Origin: Malacoraja senta
Taxonomy: Eukaryota
Direction of reading: 5' to 3'
NCBI GenBank assembly: GCA_038087875.1
Contig: CM075990.1
Coordinates: 13,704,001 to 13,764,000, forward strand
Length of the DNA: 60,000 bases
Shown: one piece after another, positions 58,680-60,000 of the stretch
Numbering within the stretch: position 1 is the first letter of the stretch
How the letters are laid out: every line of letters starts with the position of its first letter
The notes under the pieces: model-generated
Databases searched by the model: none
Told to the model about the DNA's origin: nothing
The model's input: only the letters and a program-made list of their open reading frames with translations
Translations under genes and position numbers: made by a program

Positions 58680-60000
58680 GTGAGTGCCATTTTATTGCAT
58701 TTTTCTACTGAGCCCTTTAAAGATTAGTCTTATCAAAGAACAGCTATAAAAAATGTTGATCATCAACAGTTTTGGTCACACTGGAAAAATTGTAGAGAAA
58801 ATTTATGAGAATGTTGTCGGGACCTGAAGGCCTGAACCATGGGGAGAGATTGGGAAAGCTGGGACTTTAATCCATGGAGTGCAGGAGGCTGAGGGGTGAT
58901 CTTAAAGAGGTGTATAAAATTATGAGGGGAATAGCACTCCCACTCTGACCTCTCTCTCTGCCTTACATACTTACAATAAAGCCCAACATCTCAACTTCTA
59001 ACCTTGCACTGCAAAACTCAATAATCAATTTGGTAATTTCAGGTGACCAGTCCTCAATGCCTGTGTCAGAACCAGACAGTTCTGATGAAAGGGGACTTGC
59101 CTGAGACACTAATTGTGTTTTCTTTCCCCTCCATAGATGTTGACTGACACCAAGAATATTTTCAGCTTTCACTGTTATTTTTCAGATTTCCAGCCACTGC
59201 AATGTTCTGTATTTCAGAGTACCAGCCTTTTCTCTCCGTCTCTCCTCCATCCAATTTTTCTTGCTTCTATTGACATTTACTTGAGTCTGAAGAAGGGTCT
59301 CAACCCAAAACATCACCCATTCCTTCTATCCAGAGATGCTGCCTGTCCCGCTGAGTTACTCCAGCATTTTGTATCCATTTTCGGTGTAAACCAGGATCTC
59401 CAGTTCTTTCCTACATACTTAAAACCAGTTGTGATTAACTCAGTAACATCACAATCATATGTGTCTTTCCATTCTCTCTCAATCTCCAACCTATAATAAA
59501 CATTCCTTTTGTTTCCTCTACCCTTCCACCTTCACTGCAACCTAATACACACTTTTGTCCTAATTTATCCTAATTATTAACCTAGGAATGTTTCTCTTAC
59601 TTATTACAGACTGACAGCAATTGCAGTGTCCCATATCTCAGTTTCAGAATTGCTTATCTTTCAGTTCAGACCTCAGTCACCTCCTTCACTTACACCCATC
59701 AAAACAAATCTGCTGATTTGCTCAAGATTTCACAACCCTCTCAGCCAAAGCCATCAACATTTGTTATTCAGTCTCTTTTGGTCCCCATCCGATCACATAC
59801 ATTCCCTTTGTTCTCTCCGCCTCTGCAACTTAAAACAACTTTTAATAGTTCTGATGAAAGGCCCTCAATCTGAATGTTAACTCCAATTCTCTCTCTGCAG
59901 CAGTAGACTGACCTGTTGAGAATTTCCAACCCTTTCTGCTTTTTTTCCTCAAGACTACCAGAATCTGCCTTTCTTTGCTCTTCAATATGGGATGGGAGTG

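Noticed and set aside
1040..59415. Recurrent ~100-bp repeat as a CRISPR-like array
   Set aside because: Copies are dispersed, in both orientations and with TSDs; eukaryotic context and no cas genes.
58680..60000. RET exon 12 (kinase start, EDPKWEF-like)
   Set aside because: Not found; only CR1 and Penelope remnants are visible, so it lies downstream of the window.

Overview
Vertebrate genomic DNA, most likely from a cartilaginous fish (skate/ray-type repeat landscape: HE1/V-SINEs, HER1/CR1 LINEs). The only host gene is the RET receptor tyrosine kinase on the + strand. Ten coding exons (exons 2-11: cadherin-like domains 1-4, cysteine-rich domain, transmembrane and juxtamembrane segments) lie between 36141 and 58679 with GT-AG junctions and consistent phases. 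Exon 1 was not confidently found, and the kinase exons lie beyond the window. The rest is a nest of transposons: CR1, Rex/Babar, Tx1-like and RLE-type (HERO-like) LINEs, a Gypsy relic, Penelope-like pieces, several SINEs and Harbinger-like MITEs. The most striking unannotated signal is three different self-cleaving-ribozyme folds carried by retroelements: (1) a strand-swapped (non-circularly permuted) hammerhead with a kink-turn in the 3' UTR of the HERO-like LINE, in sense orientation within RET intron 4; (2) two unrelated ~140-165 bp non-coding retroelements whose 5' ends are complete HDV/CPEB3-like ribozymes; (3) about 20 Penelope-derived ~90-130 bp mini-insertions built around a minimal hammerhead core, several with target-site duplications. 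All folds were derived by eye and need computational and biochemical confirmation.
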